Source: a virus (taxonomy: Duplodnaviria; Caudoviricetes). From it: a DNA stretch of 34,224 nucleotides. Shown one piece after another: positions 25,901 through 34,224 of this stretch. A model generated the notes under the pieces. It was not told the origin of the DNA and did not search any database. It worked only from the letters and a program-made list of their open reading frames with translations. The stretch's first letter is position 1, and every line of letters starts with the position of its first letter. A program made the position numbers and the translations under genes. The stretch is from positions 1 through 34,224 of IMG/VR virus record IMGVR_UViG_3300016636_000019, one strand, 5' to 3'.

Positions 25901-27959
25901 CTTGTCTAGTTGGAGACCCTGGAATAAATCTTTTTGCTGACTCTGCTCGCAAACTAGTGTTATGAACAAGATTATTTATACCAGGAAGTACGTTTTTAAG
26001 TAAACTTAGATTACCAAGAGCCATACTTGCACGAGCAAACGGATCAAGTATTGAGTTCTTTGGTATATATGCAAGGCGGATAAGATTTAAGTTACTAAAT
26101 ACAGCGTTTGCTAAATCTAATACCTCACCAGTACCCATTACAGCCTTAGAAGCAACCGCTCCCTTAACCTGTCCAGCAGTAATTGGTGACCTTCCACCTA
26201 AAACTCTTTTAGAATTTAATATAATTTCTATTTCTAACTTACGGAAATCAAGCATTGGAATGATTGATGCTTCGTTTGAGATAGAAAAGAAATTACTTAC
26301 GTTAATTCCACCGTTCTCATCTGGAACAAAACCGTTTTTTGTGGCATATTCCTTGATTGTTTGACGGCGACCTTTAACTGCACTGTGCCAACTGGTAATT
26401 AATTTAACTTGATCAGCAGAAGTTCTGATATCAGCCACATCTGCAGCACCTGCGAACTTGGCTAGTTTTAACATTACCTGTTGTTCAATATAATCTAAAG
26501 CAATTGCACGTTGAGTATCATCTTGGGCATTTAAAAACCTAGACACCATCTTGCGTTTAAAGTCTGTACCTTCTTGACCACGAAGAATCTGAAGACGATT
26601 TAAGTCTGAAAGTACATCCATTGCTGATTCATACTTACGTGGGTTTGATATATTAATCATTCCCTGTGGGCGACCTGACCCTACCCAAGCAATGGTACGG
26701 ATAATACGATCATATGGAGATGATTGGTAAACCTGAGTACGCCAGCCGTTGCCACCATCTTTGCCAAATAGTTTTAAATCACCAAACTTGGCTTGAAGCT
26801 TAAGTTTTTCTTTAGCAAGTTTGATTGATTCAACAGATGCAAACTTACCTGGACGATAAGATGAAAACTGACCAACGTTAATATCATCCTTAAAACCTTC
26901 TAAGGCATATTTAAATTCTCTGTCTCTTGCTTTCTTATCTTCGATAAGTTGTTGATACCTAGGTGTTAACTTAGGATCTAAAGCCTCTGTATGAATTTTA
27001 GATAGATCTGAAATAGGATCTATATTATTCATTCCATAGTTGTCTAAGTGATCAGCCATTAAAGGTGATTTAGTAAAGAATCTTTGGAAAGCTAACTTAT
27101 CTCCACGCTCGGCTAATAGATAATCAGCCATATCTCTATGGTTATCAATACGAGCCATAATCGTTGCAGAGCGATTAGGATTAGATCCATTAGATACTAA
27201 TGGGTTAGCAATAATCTTACTTACATCTTTTGTTTTAACTGCATCATCTACTAACTTAGATAATCCTGTTGGTGGTGGAGTTCCATCATTACGAGTACCC
27301 CATGCAACCGCTTCTTCTAAGTTCTTTTTAAATAGATCTTGGTCAGCCTTAGTTACTATCTTTTCAGAACCAAGTGCTGTGGTCTTTGCTACTTTAACTG
27401 CAGAACCAATACCTTTACTACCAAGCAAAGCAAGTCCTAAGTCAGTACTACCAGATGCAAGCCATCCAAGAAATTCATTTTTATATGCTTGGTTTCTTTG
27501 CTTGTCATCAAAGACGTTAAAGTCTTTATCCATGAATGTAGGTGTAATTTGGTCTGGCAAGATTGCGCCAACTGTTTGACCAACTTGGGTAGCAAGAGCC
27601 TGACCCATTGAGATCTTCTTGGCTTGCTCTCTAGCAAATCTAAAGCTTTGTACAAATCCTTTTGTTTGACCTTGACGTGCTGCTTCTGCAGCAAGGAAAG
27701 GTGTTGCTACTGTCTGGGTAATACCACTTACGATACCACCAACTTTTTCCATTACATTAAGAGCAGGATTAACTAAGAATCTAAATGGACTAGCTTGAGC
27801 TTTTTCTATTCCACTGGCAATGCCAGCACCAACTTTTTCTTCTACTCTACCTACAGCAGTTTTATCTAATACTTCTTTTTTAAATTCATTAACTCTGCTT
27901 AAAGGGTTAGGTGTGGAAGTTGTGCCTGTTTCAGCTCTCCAGTCATCCCATAGACCCAT
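22992..27959 (-). CDS. Large virion protein, probably an internal/ejection protein (1655 aa)
   Basis: Largest ORF; mostly helical with a central coiled coil; no recognisable catalytic motif; podovirus-like context. Confidence 0.6.
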   Translation of the reverse strand: MGLWDDWRAETGTTSTPNPLSRVNEFKKEVLDKTAVGRVEEKVGAGIASGIEKAQASPFRFLVNPALNVMEKVGGIVSGITQTVATPFLAAEAARQGQTKGFVQSFRFAREQAKKISMGQALATQVGQTVGAILPDQITPTFMDKDFNVFDDKQRNQAYKNEFLGWLASGSTDLGLALLGSKGIGSAVKVAKTTALGSEKIVTKADQDLFKKNLEEAVAWGTRNDGTPPPTGLSKLVDDAVKTKDVSKIIANPLVSNGSNPNRSATIMARIDNHRDMADYLLAERGDKLAFQRFFTKSPLMADHLDNYGMNNIDPISDLSKIHTEALDPKLTPRYQQLIEDKKARDREFKYALEGFKDDINVGQFSSYRPGKFASVESIKLAKEKLKLQAKFGDLKLFGKDGGNGWRTQVYQSSPYDRIIRTIAWVGSGRPQGMINISNPRKYESAMDVLSDLNRLQILRGQEGTDFKRKMVSRFLNAQDDTQRAIALDYIEQQVMLKLAKFAGAADVADIRTSADQVKLITSWHSAVKGRRQTIKEYATKNGFVPDENGGINVSNFFSISNEASIIPMLDFRKLEIEIILNSKRVLGGRSPITAGQVKGAVASKAVMGTGEVLDLANAVFSNLNLIRLAYIPKNSILDPFARASMALGNLSLLKNVLPGINNLVHNTSLRAESAKRFIPGSPTRQAYRAEKQAQKEMDILAGELKPVVERWELAQKTLDDAEKNLNAAIAAQAKAESALRKATKTNKADLTAAKNNADYQMFLAQRAFIDADDALTNSADMVNGVSSLMKKHRDTLTAAAIHRAELQQYKYLGQDKEILEVNGKKYTIDGLADPNIRGASAYLAEMDTAANFINTQTQSQISRQLRADGTRFVTIPRNDVKPYMNALTHIANRQIRQELDMPLGMLFRGDSPIEVVRYLYKDTKGAEYRRRMESRAGRPMGQDDFLNWATATQDKLFKMYPDPNIREIVLNRAVSIDEMTAALKDRPDLLPEIDGPNIDLSDLNRLERGLVKTQGAIDAAWRVLAASENRMVRNPLFLTYVREEMKDLIAAAQRNGIDPSDAVVNNQFRQVAYRKATDRVERTLYSSRRLSNGMYAARFAMSFPLAFFNSQAVALRLMAKNPMNAYWYGTIANAFDNFENYEDEDGNTYKSIKDVPPGKNVTVKYPIPYGDKLPKVIKDSLKPYTDSRGGGLKWNPKQMEFMIADPSVSWFGGVTLSELVKNGFTAPFGLWKIYGEDISEGLRNTFGNDFYENSLLYAGYPIEGKNIAETAKNAIVPSYLQSLIDSGKIPGPIAAAMSAVGLDKSERFADDVNMFFRVQYSEWDRNGRVGAPPDMATAAKAAGNMAFIRSISQFSAPIATTFDPVTRAATQYYSDLVTQFNGDYDKAQDRFVQDFGVDGLAFIGSNRKNIAGVAANLSDIKMLRNNPELLESIGRYDTKFAQMLSTGYGDLTDEYSTEVAAIYKRMNFPGGYNSPLTQQKSAEEVRKSVEARRGWYEYDKLSKWRDAMMYQYGIRSTSEARYETTGMQAYFNEQVARISGDFKGWADERQQGAKDFWNVTVPVIEEIVNNQKWMSHAGKQTNKWNEIAFYLQQIKQWKKDYDLVMNDPRRERDLRIQLSQWHFDFLQAAGDDFDTFSARWFENMPQLSTDLVVR

Positions 27960-28113
27960 CGGTATTAGTTTCCCTTCCAGCTGTTAATTCTTCTAGTAAT
28001 GCATAACGATCATCATCTGATTCAAATTCAAATCGTGCTAAATCCCATGCGACTGGTGCTAATTCAAAACCCAGGTACTCAAGATTTTCTTCAAACTTTT
28101 TAAATATTTTCAT
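27943..28113 (-). CDS. Small acidic hypothetical protein (56 aa, absent from the ORF track)
   Basis: MKIFKKFEENLEYLGFELAPVAWDLARFEFESDDDRYALLEELTAGRETNTDGSMG; overlaps both neighbours and fills the gap. Confidence 0.6.
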   Translation of the reverse strand: MKIFKKFEENLEYLGFELAPVAWDLARFEFESDDDRYALLEELTAGRETNTDGSMG

Positions 28114-28525
28114 CTATTTGGCTTTTTAAATATTTAGTAAATGCCTTCATAGTTCCAGTTGAATTAGGTGAATCAGCAAATGTCTGCATCAATGGAAGGT
28201 ATTTGGCTATCATAGATAAATCTGCAATTTGTGTATCTGCTGGGTTTGGTAAATTAAGTATTTCTCTACCTGGACCAGGAGTATTACCACCAACTCCAGC
28301 GGTAACAAACTCATTAGCTCTACGTGTTTCTGCACCTAATGGAATAATGTTTGCTAAAGGATCTTGTGCTTTAGCCATAGGTGCAGCATTTTGATCCGCT
28401 AAGAATTGTTTTTGTTCACCGTATGCTGCATCTGGTAATCGTTTTGCACCTTGCGCTGGAGGCAAGTCACTTCGATTAGACATTGCCCCAGGCATAGGAA
28501 CAGCAGCAGGATTAACCATTGACAT
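28100..28525 (-). CDS. Hypothetical virion-region protein (141 aa)
   Basis: PAAVPMPGAMSNRSD...AYGEQK...ETRRANEFVTAG...PGPG; SD GTAGGT. Confidence 0.65.
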   Translation of the reverse strand: MSMVNPAAVPMPGAMSNRSDLPPAQGAKRLPDAAYGEQKQFLADQNAAPMAKAQDPLANIIPLGAETRRANEFVTAGVGGNTPGPGREILNLPNPADTQIADLSMIAKYLPLMQTFADSPNSTGTMKAFTKYLKSQIDENI

Positions 28526-28532
28526 GAGTTAC

Positions 28533-30098
28533 CTACTTCTTTTTAGGACGATATGGAACAGGACCTGCATATCCACCAGCTGGAACTTTTCCTTTTGATG
28601 GGATATTAATTGCAGTGTTTCTGTAAATCTTTCTAGGATCTTTAATTTTCTTGTTTGCTGCCATTAACTCTGAAAGAGTTACACCAGACTTTTTAGCAAT
28701 ACCAGATAATGTATCTCCAGCATTTACTCTGTAAGTAGATCCACCTGCACCTACCTTTGTACCAACAAATCTTCCTTGACCAGTAATACGTGGTTGATTA
28801 CTTCTTGCCTCTGGTCCTGGTGTTTTAGCAGCATTAATCTTTGCTTTCTTAGCACCTGCTGGTTCTTTTGTTAATGCTTGTAATATTGGCTTACCAACTA
28901 AACTTGCAGCAGTAACTGCTAAAGCTGCTTTACCTGTAAGTGCTCTACCAGCAAACTTAGCAGCACCTAATGCTGCAGCTTTTGCTCCACCTTTTTTAGC
29001 AGCAGTTTTAGCAACAACTGGACCTGCGCTAGGACGTACAGCAAGTTCTTTGCTTGGAACGTTTGGCTTAGATGATACAACGGTTGAAGGTACTTTAATA
29101 GCTTTAGCTGCTTTATTTTTTTCAACAATAGATTTAATTTGTTTATCATCAAACTTAAATGTAAGTTTTCCATTCTTCATAGTACCTACACCAATTGGTT
29201 TAGCACCTGCTGGAACCTTACTAGTTGATACTGGACCTTGTTTTTTAACTGCTGTAGCAGCAGACTTGGCTGCTGTAGCAACAGGTCCTGCAGCTTTAGC
29301 TGCTACCTTTGCGCCTTTTTCCTGACGGAATAAAGCCTTGTTAAGTGCAGACTTTGGTTTTACGCCTTCTTTAATAAGTCTGTCATAGATTGCTTTACCT
29401 TCTGCATTAAGTTCTTTGCCTGCAGCAAAACCTTTTTTAACAACTGGTAATTTTTTATCAGTTGGTAATCCTGGCTTTTTAGCATCTGCTGGTTTCATAG
29501 GTGTTTTCTTAGGTAATCCTTCACCTTTTTTAGCAGGCATATTTTTCTTTGCAGCAGTTTGTTTTAACAATGCATTTTGAGATGCACTTCTTCCTGCACC
29601 TTCTTTAATTTTTTTACCTGTCTTAGGATCAATCTTATAACCTTGTGGCTTTGGTTCTGGTGCAGTTACTGCACTACGAACTTTTTGTGCCTCACTTAAT
29701 TTAGGTGCTGGTTTACCAGCTTTTTGTGATTTAGGTTCAGACAATCTTTTTTGTGCAAGTTCTGCTGCTTGACGATCTGCCTTTGACATTGCTTCTAATT
29801 CTGCTTTGTCATAAGGATACATTCTTAATGCTTCTGCTTTAGCAGCAGCACGATCACGAGCCATACGCTCTTGTGCAGTCTCAGTAGGTTTTACTCTAAT
29901 CTTATTACCTTTATCGTCGGTAATATAACCCTTCTTGGCTTCTGCCTTCATTTCTTTAAGAACTTCTATATCGTCCTTAGAGTACTTTGTGAAAGGGTCT
30001 TTCAACCTTGCTTTTTTTGAACCGCTAAAAGTTTTTTTAGCTTCAACTTTGGCAGCCTTACGTGCCTGCCTGAATTTCTTTGGAGTTTTGGCTGCCAT
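28533..30098 (-). CDS. Lys/Ala-rich basic protein with a C-terminal LysM domain (521 aa)
   Basis: Histone-H1-like AAKK/PKK composition; YRVNAGDTLSGIAKKSGVTLSELMAANKKIKDPRKIYRNTAINIP (LysM); SD AAGGA. Confidence 0.8.
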   Translation of the reverse strand: MAAKTPKKFRQARKAAKVEAKKTFSGSKKARLKDPFTKYSKDDIEVLKEMKAEAKKGYITDDKGNKIRVKPTETAQERMARDRAAAKAEALRMYPYDKAELEAMSKADRQAAELAQKRLSEPKSQKAGKPAPKLSEAQKVRSAVTAPEPKPQGYKIDPKTGKKIKEGAGRSASQNALLKQTAAKKNMPAKKGEGLPKKTPMKPADAKKPGLPTDKKLPVVKKGFAAGKELNAEGKAIYDRLIKEGVKPKSALNKALFRQEKGAKVAAKAAGPVATAAKSAATAVKKQGPVSTSKVPAGAKPIGVGTMKNGKLTFKFDDKQIKSIVEKNKAAKAIKVPSTVVSSKPNVPSKELAVRPSAGPVVAKTAAKKGGAKAAALGAAKFAGRALTGKAALAVTAASLVGKPILQALTKEPAGAKKAKINAAKTPGPEARSNQPRITGQGRFVGTKVGAGGSTYRVNAGDTLSGIAKKSGVTLSELMAANKKIKDPRKIYRNTAINIPSKGKVPAGGYAGPVPYRPKKK

Positions 30099-30124
30099 AG
30101 TTATCCTTTACTTATAAAATAAAA

Positions 30125-30274
30125 TTACTTAATTTTTTTGCTATTGCCTTTAATGCCTTTAGGTGTAATGCCGAACTTAACCATTCCGCCACCTTTAACG
30201 GCACCTGCTGGCTTCTTGCCCATCATTGCGCTAGAAGTTGGAGCCTTGGCTGACTTTCCTTGCTTTCCGATCAT
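30125..30274 (-). CDS. Small Lys/Gly-rich basic protein (49 aa)
   Basis: Strong SD AAGGAG before ATG 30274; MIGKQGKSAKAPTSSAMMGKKPAG... Confidence 0.65.
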   Translation of the reverse strand: MIGKQGKSAKAPTSSAMMGKKPAGAVKGGGMVKFGITPKGIKGNSKKIK

Positions 30275-30287
30275 TTGTTTCTCCTTG

Positions 30288-32060
30288 TTATGCTGGTATT
30301 TGACGAGTAACTCTCGCTGATAGATTTGGGTTTCCTCCACCAGTTAATCCCGCAAGAAGCTCTTGCATTGCTGGTCTACCTTGTGGAAGTTGTGGTGCTT
30401 GACCACCAGCCATTGGCTCAGGACCTGCTGGTACTTCTGGCATTCCTGGTTGTGCTGGTTGTTCTTTTGGTGCTGGTTCTGGCTTAAAAGCATTTGCTAC
30501 TGCATCTTCAAGAGGTATACCTTTTTTACGATCAGTAATAACACTTGCCATTTTTTCAACAATCTTCATTGGATCTTGACCTTGCATTACCATTTGTGGA
30601 ATTGCTGCAGCCATAGAAGATACGGATGCTTTTAATGAATCACGCATTTCTTCAATGTCAATTGCTCTCTCTTCTTCACCAGCATTTAGTGAGATAGGAA
30701 GGTTGCGACGCAACATTCCTCGAGAAATTAATTTATCTCCTCTTGCCTGTAGACCCCATACCAATGCACGGTTAGGATCTAAACCTGCCATCAAACCGTA
30801 TTCAACGGTTACGCCATAGTTACCATTGATATCTGAACTTGGCTTATACTTTAATTTGTATGGAACTCCGTTGGCTGTTGCAGATACTTCACGAGTTAAT
30901 TCTGGGAAATATGCTTCATCGGTTGCATATGCAAATGATATTGCTTGACCAATTGCCTCGCCAAGGATTGATTGATAAATTTTAACTTGAGAATCGTATC
31001 CAGCCATAAGTGCTTTAACACCTTGACCTGTAACGATAGAACCTTCTGCTTGTCCTGCACGAGCTTGAGGAAAACGAGTTCCTAATTTCATTTCATCTGC
31101 TAGAACATTGTTCTCAGCAAATGCATATTGAGGTACGTCTAGATTAACCCTACGAATTTTCTCAGGGCTGTTCGAACGAATGACCGAATCAGGACCAACG
31201 GATAGAGAAGTAACATCAGTAGGAAGAGCAAGGGGAGCTTCAACAGATTTTTGAACAGCCTCCATAGTGAGGAGTGCAAGCCTTGCTTTTGCTGCATACA
31301 CTGGCAAGACGTCGTCGAACTGACCTCTGGATTCACCATCGAGCGAAGGACGTTGAGCAATTGCAACTGGGACTGTACCTGTTTTGTTTGGTGTCGTCGC
31401 AAGAACTAAACCTCCACGATCTGGTAAAAATAAAACTGTTCTGTCTTTATCTGTCCAACGTACAACCTGTAGTAATGAGTTACCATCACCACGAGTAAAT
31501 GAATTGGATTGTAAAATTTGATCTGCATACTCTGGAAAGTGTGCTGCCAAATCACCCGCTTTACGGTGATATAGGCGAGCGTAGGTGTTAACAACACCGA
31601 AGCGATCCATGTCGTAATAAGCACCCATAGAGTTTTCAATATGGATGTGTGGTCTCTTGTCTTTAAAGTTTGGTTCAACTCTAATAGGAACGAAACCATA
31701 TGTTGCTAGTTGGTCTGCGCCACGCAGTAACTCTGTACCTAGTCTGGATGCTGCTACATAATAGTTAGCAATCTTTGTACGCTTGTCAGCTTTGGTACGC
31801 TGGTTATCATCTAGTGATGAATCTCCAGCAGCAGTAATGGTAGGTAGAACACCGACTTGTTCAGAAACATCTCGAGCAACAACATCAATAAGGTTGGCAA
31901 TAATAGGACGTGACCATACTCCTTCAGGAAATAATCCTTGGAATACTTGATCTGCCTGTCCTGCTCTAACTAATGCAACTTCACGCATGCGTCTATCACG
32001 CTCGGAGTTACGAGCTTTTAATTGCTCAAAGGCTTGTTGTAGTTCTTTCATTAATGTCAC
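30288..32060 (-). CDS. Portal protein
   Basis: 590 aa directly after the terminase; ANLIDVVARD, GQFDDV and VEYGLMAGLDPNR, with a Q/P-rich C-terminal extension as in podovirus portals. Confidence 0.8.
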   Translation of the reverse strand: MTLMKELQQAFEQLKARNSERDRRMREVALVRAGQADQVFQGLFPEGVWSRPIIANLIDVVARDVSEQVGVLPTITAAGDSSLDDNQRTKADKRTKIANYYVAASRLGTELLRGADQLATYGFVPIRVEPNFKDKRPHIHIENSMGAYYDMDRFGVVNTYARLYHRKAGDLAAHFPEYADQILQSNSFTRGDGNSLLQVVRWTDKDRTVLFLPDRGGLVLATTPNKTGTVPVAIAQRPSLDGESRGQFDDVLPVYAAKARLALLTMEAVQKSVEAPLALPTDVTSLSVGPDSVIRSNSPEKIRRVNLDVPQYAFAENNVLADEMKLGTRFPQARAGQAEGSIVTGQGVKALMAGYDSQVKIYQSILGEAIGQAISFAYATDEAYFPELTREVSATANGVPYKLKYKPSSDINGNYGVTVEYGLMAGLDPNRALVWGLQARGDKLISRGMLRRNLPISLNAGEEERAIDIEEMRDSLKASVSSMAAAIPQMVMQGQDPMKIVEKMASVITDRKKGIPLEDAVANAFKPEPAPKEQPAQPGMPEVPAGPEPMAGGQAPQLPQGRPAMQELLAGLTGGGNPNLSARVTRQIPA

Positions 32061-33946
32061 AATCTCGCAGTCCGCTGCGCTGCAGCTAGATCATCTAAGT
32101 TGATGATGTACCGAGACTCGATGTCTCCTCTAGGTGTAAATTGATTACTCAAAAAGTTAGGTACATTTGCTGAAGTAAGTAAAGTTTCTCTTGCTACGAT
32201 CTCACAGAACCACAGTGCCATGACTGCGTCCATCTTGAGTTTCTTGCCTTGTACTCCTGGTTGCCAGGTTACAAGTTGTTCGATTAACTTCTTTACGTGT
32301 TCATTCTTTGAGCTATCTGGTAATTCAATTAAGTTATCGCCAGCATGCTTAAAGTTATTCATGACACCATCCCGCTTAGTAATGGTGCCAAATAAAGGAG
32401 CGAGTGAGGCTACGCCGAACTCGGGATCCTGTTTATTATTTCCTGTGTAGTGAGGTCTATAGTTGATACCTCGTGTTGACAGGAAGTTACGAATCTCTTC
32501 GTCTTGTGTAAGGAAAAGCTGAAAAGCATTTGATTCCACAATGACCGCATGTGGTTTATACACATCGGTCCACTCCTTGATAAGAGAACGGATTGCTGCA
32601 GGTGTAGGGGCAGTCATGATGTAAACATCCATGACGTAGCGTTTATGTGTTCTGCGATCAACCGCATAGGCAACAGCAGCGGTATCACCAGTCATTGCTG
32701 GATCAATACCAATGACTCTAAAGAAATTATTAGAGTTCTCAGGATGACCTGCTGCGCCTGCAACCAGCGCACCCGACTTTCTCATTCCATTAACTGCGCC
32801 TCTGACGCACATCGGGTCGAAGATTGCATTCTCCGCAATATCGAGGTTCTGGTAAACCAGTGACCACTTAGATGGTCCTGCCTCGTTTCGGACAGCCGTT
32901 AGACGCTGTCCTGTCCATCGATCAAACATTCCATTCTCATCTGGGACATCATCCTCAGTAAGTGGTTGTTCGGATTTCTCCCAAAGGGTTTTCCAATCCT
33001 TTGGATCGTCTGCGTATTCTAAGACCGCAGGCATGGACAAATATGACCAAGGGAGTACACCATCGGTGTAGTGGCTTGGATTTCTTAATTCTTTATATAG
33101 ATCAACTGCCGATACTCTAGTACCGACAACAAGAAGTTGACCCCCACCTGGTGGAAGACGAGAGGCAACTTCTTGTCTAATCCATTCTTGTTGCTTAGCC
33201 CACTCTGAAGCATTACTCAGAGTGACCACGTCATCTAAAACTATTAAGTCGGCACGGTTACCATAAACCTGCCCGCCCATTCCTATAGCTTCTATAGTTG
33301 GGTCTTTAGCATCTGACTCACGTACGTCACCACCAAGATATACCTTGGTAGCCGACCACTGGTCGGCGGTTGCTTTATATCCATCGGCTGGACCAAAGGC
33401 TACCTGAAGGTCAGCATACCGAGGATGCGTCAAGCGTTGCTTGATCGCATACAAAAACTTCTTTGCCTGTTCCTGTGTCTTGGATATAACCATGACGTTA
33501 ATGTTGGGATTCTTAACTACTCGATAAGTTACGTAGTTAATTGTGATGGTCATAGTCTTGGCATGGTTAGGGGGTACATTTACCAAGAGGCGGGATAAGC
33601 CCGCCGATCCCTTTTCGTAAACCATGGATTCATGTAACCAGGTTGGATCTTTACCTTCCAACATGGATACTACGTTCATCATGTGCTTTGGTACTTTAGT
33701 ACCAAGATACTTTTCAGAGAACTCTGCAAAATCAGACAAATTGGACCGAGCTTCTTCAGCGAGGTCCTGTGTTCTAAACCGAGCATTATCAATTAAAGCT
33801 GAGAAGCCTTCGGCTTCTCGGCGTTGGGTATCATACCAAGATCTGGATCTACCAATAACTTTTAGACCATCAGCAATAGTGCGCCCTTGGCGCACCAAGA
33901 GGATAAGTTCTTTCCTTGCTTCCTCTGGTGATAACTGTCTTTCCAT
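32057..33946 (-). CDS. terL: Terminase large subunit with an N-terminal HTH (TerS-like) extension
   Basis: Walker A-like VPPNHAKT, Walker B LIVLDD, VVGTR, nuclease IGIDPA and MDAVMALWF; ATG 33946 after GGAGG. Confidence 0.92.
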   Translation of the reverse strand: MERQLSPEEARKELILLVRQGRTIADGLKVIGRSRSWYDTQRREAEGFSALIDNARFRTQDLAEEARSNLSDFAEFSEKYLGTKVPKHMMNVVSMLEGKDPTWLHESMVYEKGSAGLSRLLVNVPPNHAKTMTITINYVTYRVVKNPNINVMVISKTQEQAKKFLYAIKQRLTHPRYADLQVAFGPADGYKATADQWSATKVYLGGDVRESDAKDPTIEAIGMGGQVYGNRADLIVLDDVVTLSNASEWAKQQEWIRQEVASRLPPGGGQLLVVGTRVSAVDLYKELRNPSHYTDGVLPWSYLSMPAVLEYADDPKDWKTLWEKSEQPLTEDDVPDENGMFDRWTGQRLTAVRNEAGPSKWSLVYQNLDIAENAIFDPMCVRGAVNGMRKSGALVAGAAGHPENSNNFFRVIGIDPAMTGDTAAVAYAVDRRTHKRYVMDVYIMTAPTPAAIRSLIKEWTDVYKPHAVIVESNAFQLFLTQDEEIRNFLSTRGINYRPHYTGNNKQDPEFGVASLAPLFGTITKRDGVMNNFKHAGDNLIELPDSSKNEHVKKLIEQLVTWQPGVQGKKLKMDAVMALWFCEIVARETLLTSANVPNFLSNQFTPRGDIESRYIINLDDLAAAQRTARL

Positions 33947-33959
33947 GTGCCTCCAGTGC

Positions 33960-34224
33960 CTGTAGGGGTCCACAGGGGTCTGGACAGAAGTATCCCCACT
34001 TATGCATATAAGTTCTTAACGGCGGGCTAAATGCCCGCCTTAGAAGGCTCAGTGGAACTTCGCCTTACACTTATATAGGGGTCTAGAGCGTCGGCGTGTT
34101 TCAAGAGCAAATTAAAAGTTTTTTTCTTGGTTTAACAAAAGTGCTGGTCAGAGCTGGTTTTCTGGTCAAAATATTTTAGGAGATAGTGGGGGGAGGGTGG
34201 GGGGCGGTGTTAAACATGGTGGGG
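33960..34224. promoter_or_regulatory. Non-coding control region upstream of the terminase (promoter and possible packaging signals)
   Basis: AGGGGTC x3 (33964, 33974, 34077), CTGGT x3 (34144, 34154, 34162), hairpin GGCGGGC-TAAAT-GCCCGCC (34021-34039) and G-tracts at 34187-34224. Confidence 0.45.

Noticed and set aside
22992-27959. 1655-aa protein as a tape measure protein or virion RNA polymerase
   Set aside because: No tape-measure repeats and no major tail or tail-chaperone genes nearby; no recognisable RNA polymerase motifs.
1-34224. Prophage integration module, tRNAs, rRNA or IS elements
   Set aside because: No integrase, repressor, att-like repeats, tRNA cloverleafs or transposases were recognised in the window.

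Overview
The window is most of a ~35-40 kb tailed-phage genome, very likely a podovirus-like phage of Actinobacteria. It encodes WhiB, a phage sigma factor and actinophage-type lysis genes, and the AT-rich sequence fits the small freshwater actinophage groups (inference). Almost all genes are on the minus strand in two operons. (1) 33946->8020, packaging/structure/lysis: terminase with a fused N-terminal HTH, portal, LysM and internal-virion-like proteins, scaffold, major capsid, small basic proteins, connector, tail fibres, holins, endolysin, nozzle-like tail protein, PG-binding protein, then an intrinsic terminator. (2) 7265->1, replication/regulation: Cas4/RecB-like nuclease, DnaB-like helicase, WhiB, Holliday-junction resolvase, SLT, primase, Ntn protease, Nmad1, endonuclease VII, sigma factor, FmdB zinc ribbon and a truncated glycosyltransferase-like gene. 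One plus-strand methyltransferase lies between the operons. The most unusual signal is repeated gene fission with interleaving. The Fe-S Cas4-like nuclease is split into two ORFs around a nested zinc-finger gene, and the primase is split around a proteasome-beta/HslV-like gene. The endolysin catalytic domain and a PG-binding domain also sit on either side of a tail gene. A ~140-nt pseudoknotted RNA candidate precedes the scaffold/capsid genes. I saw no tRNA, CRISPR array, integrase or DNA polymerase. All calls come from reading motifs by eye; no database searches were run.
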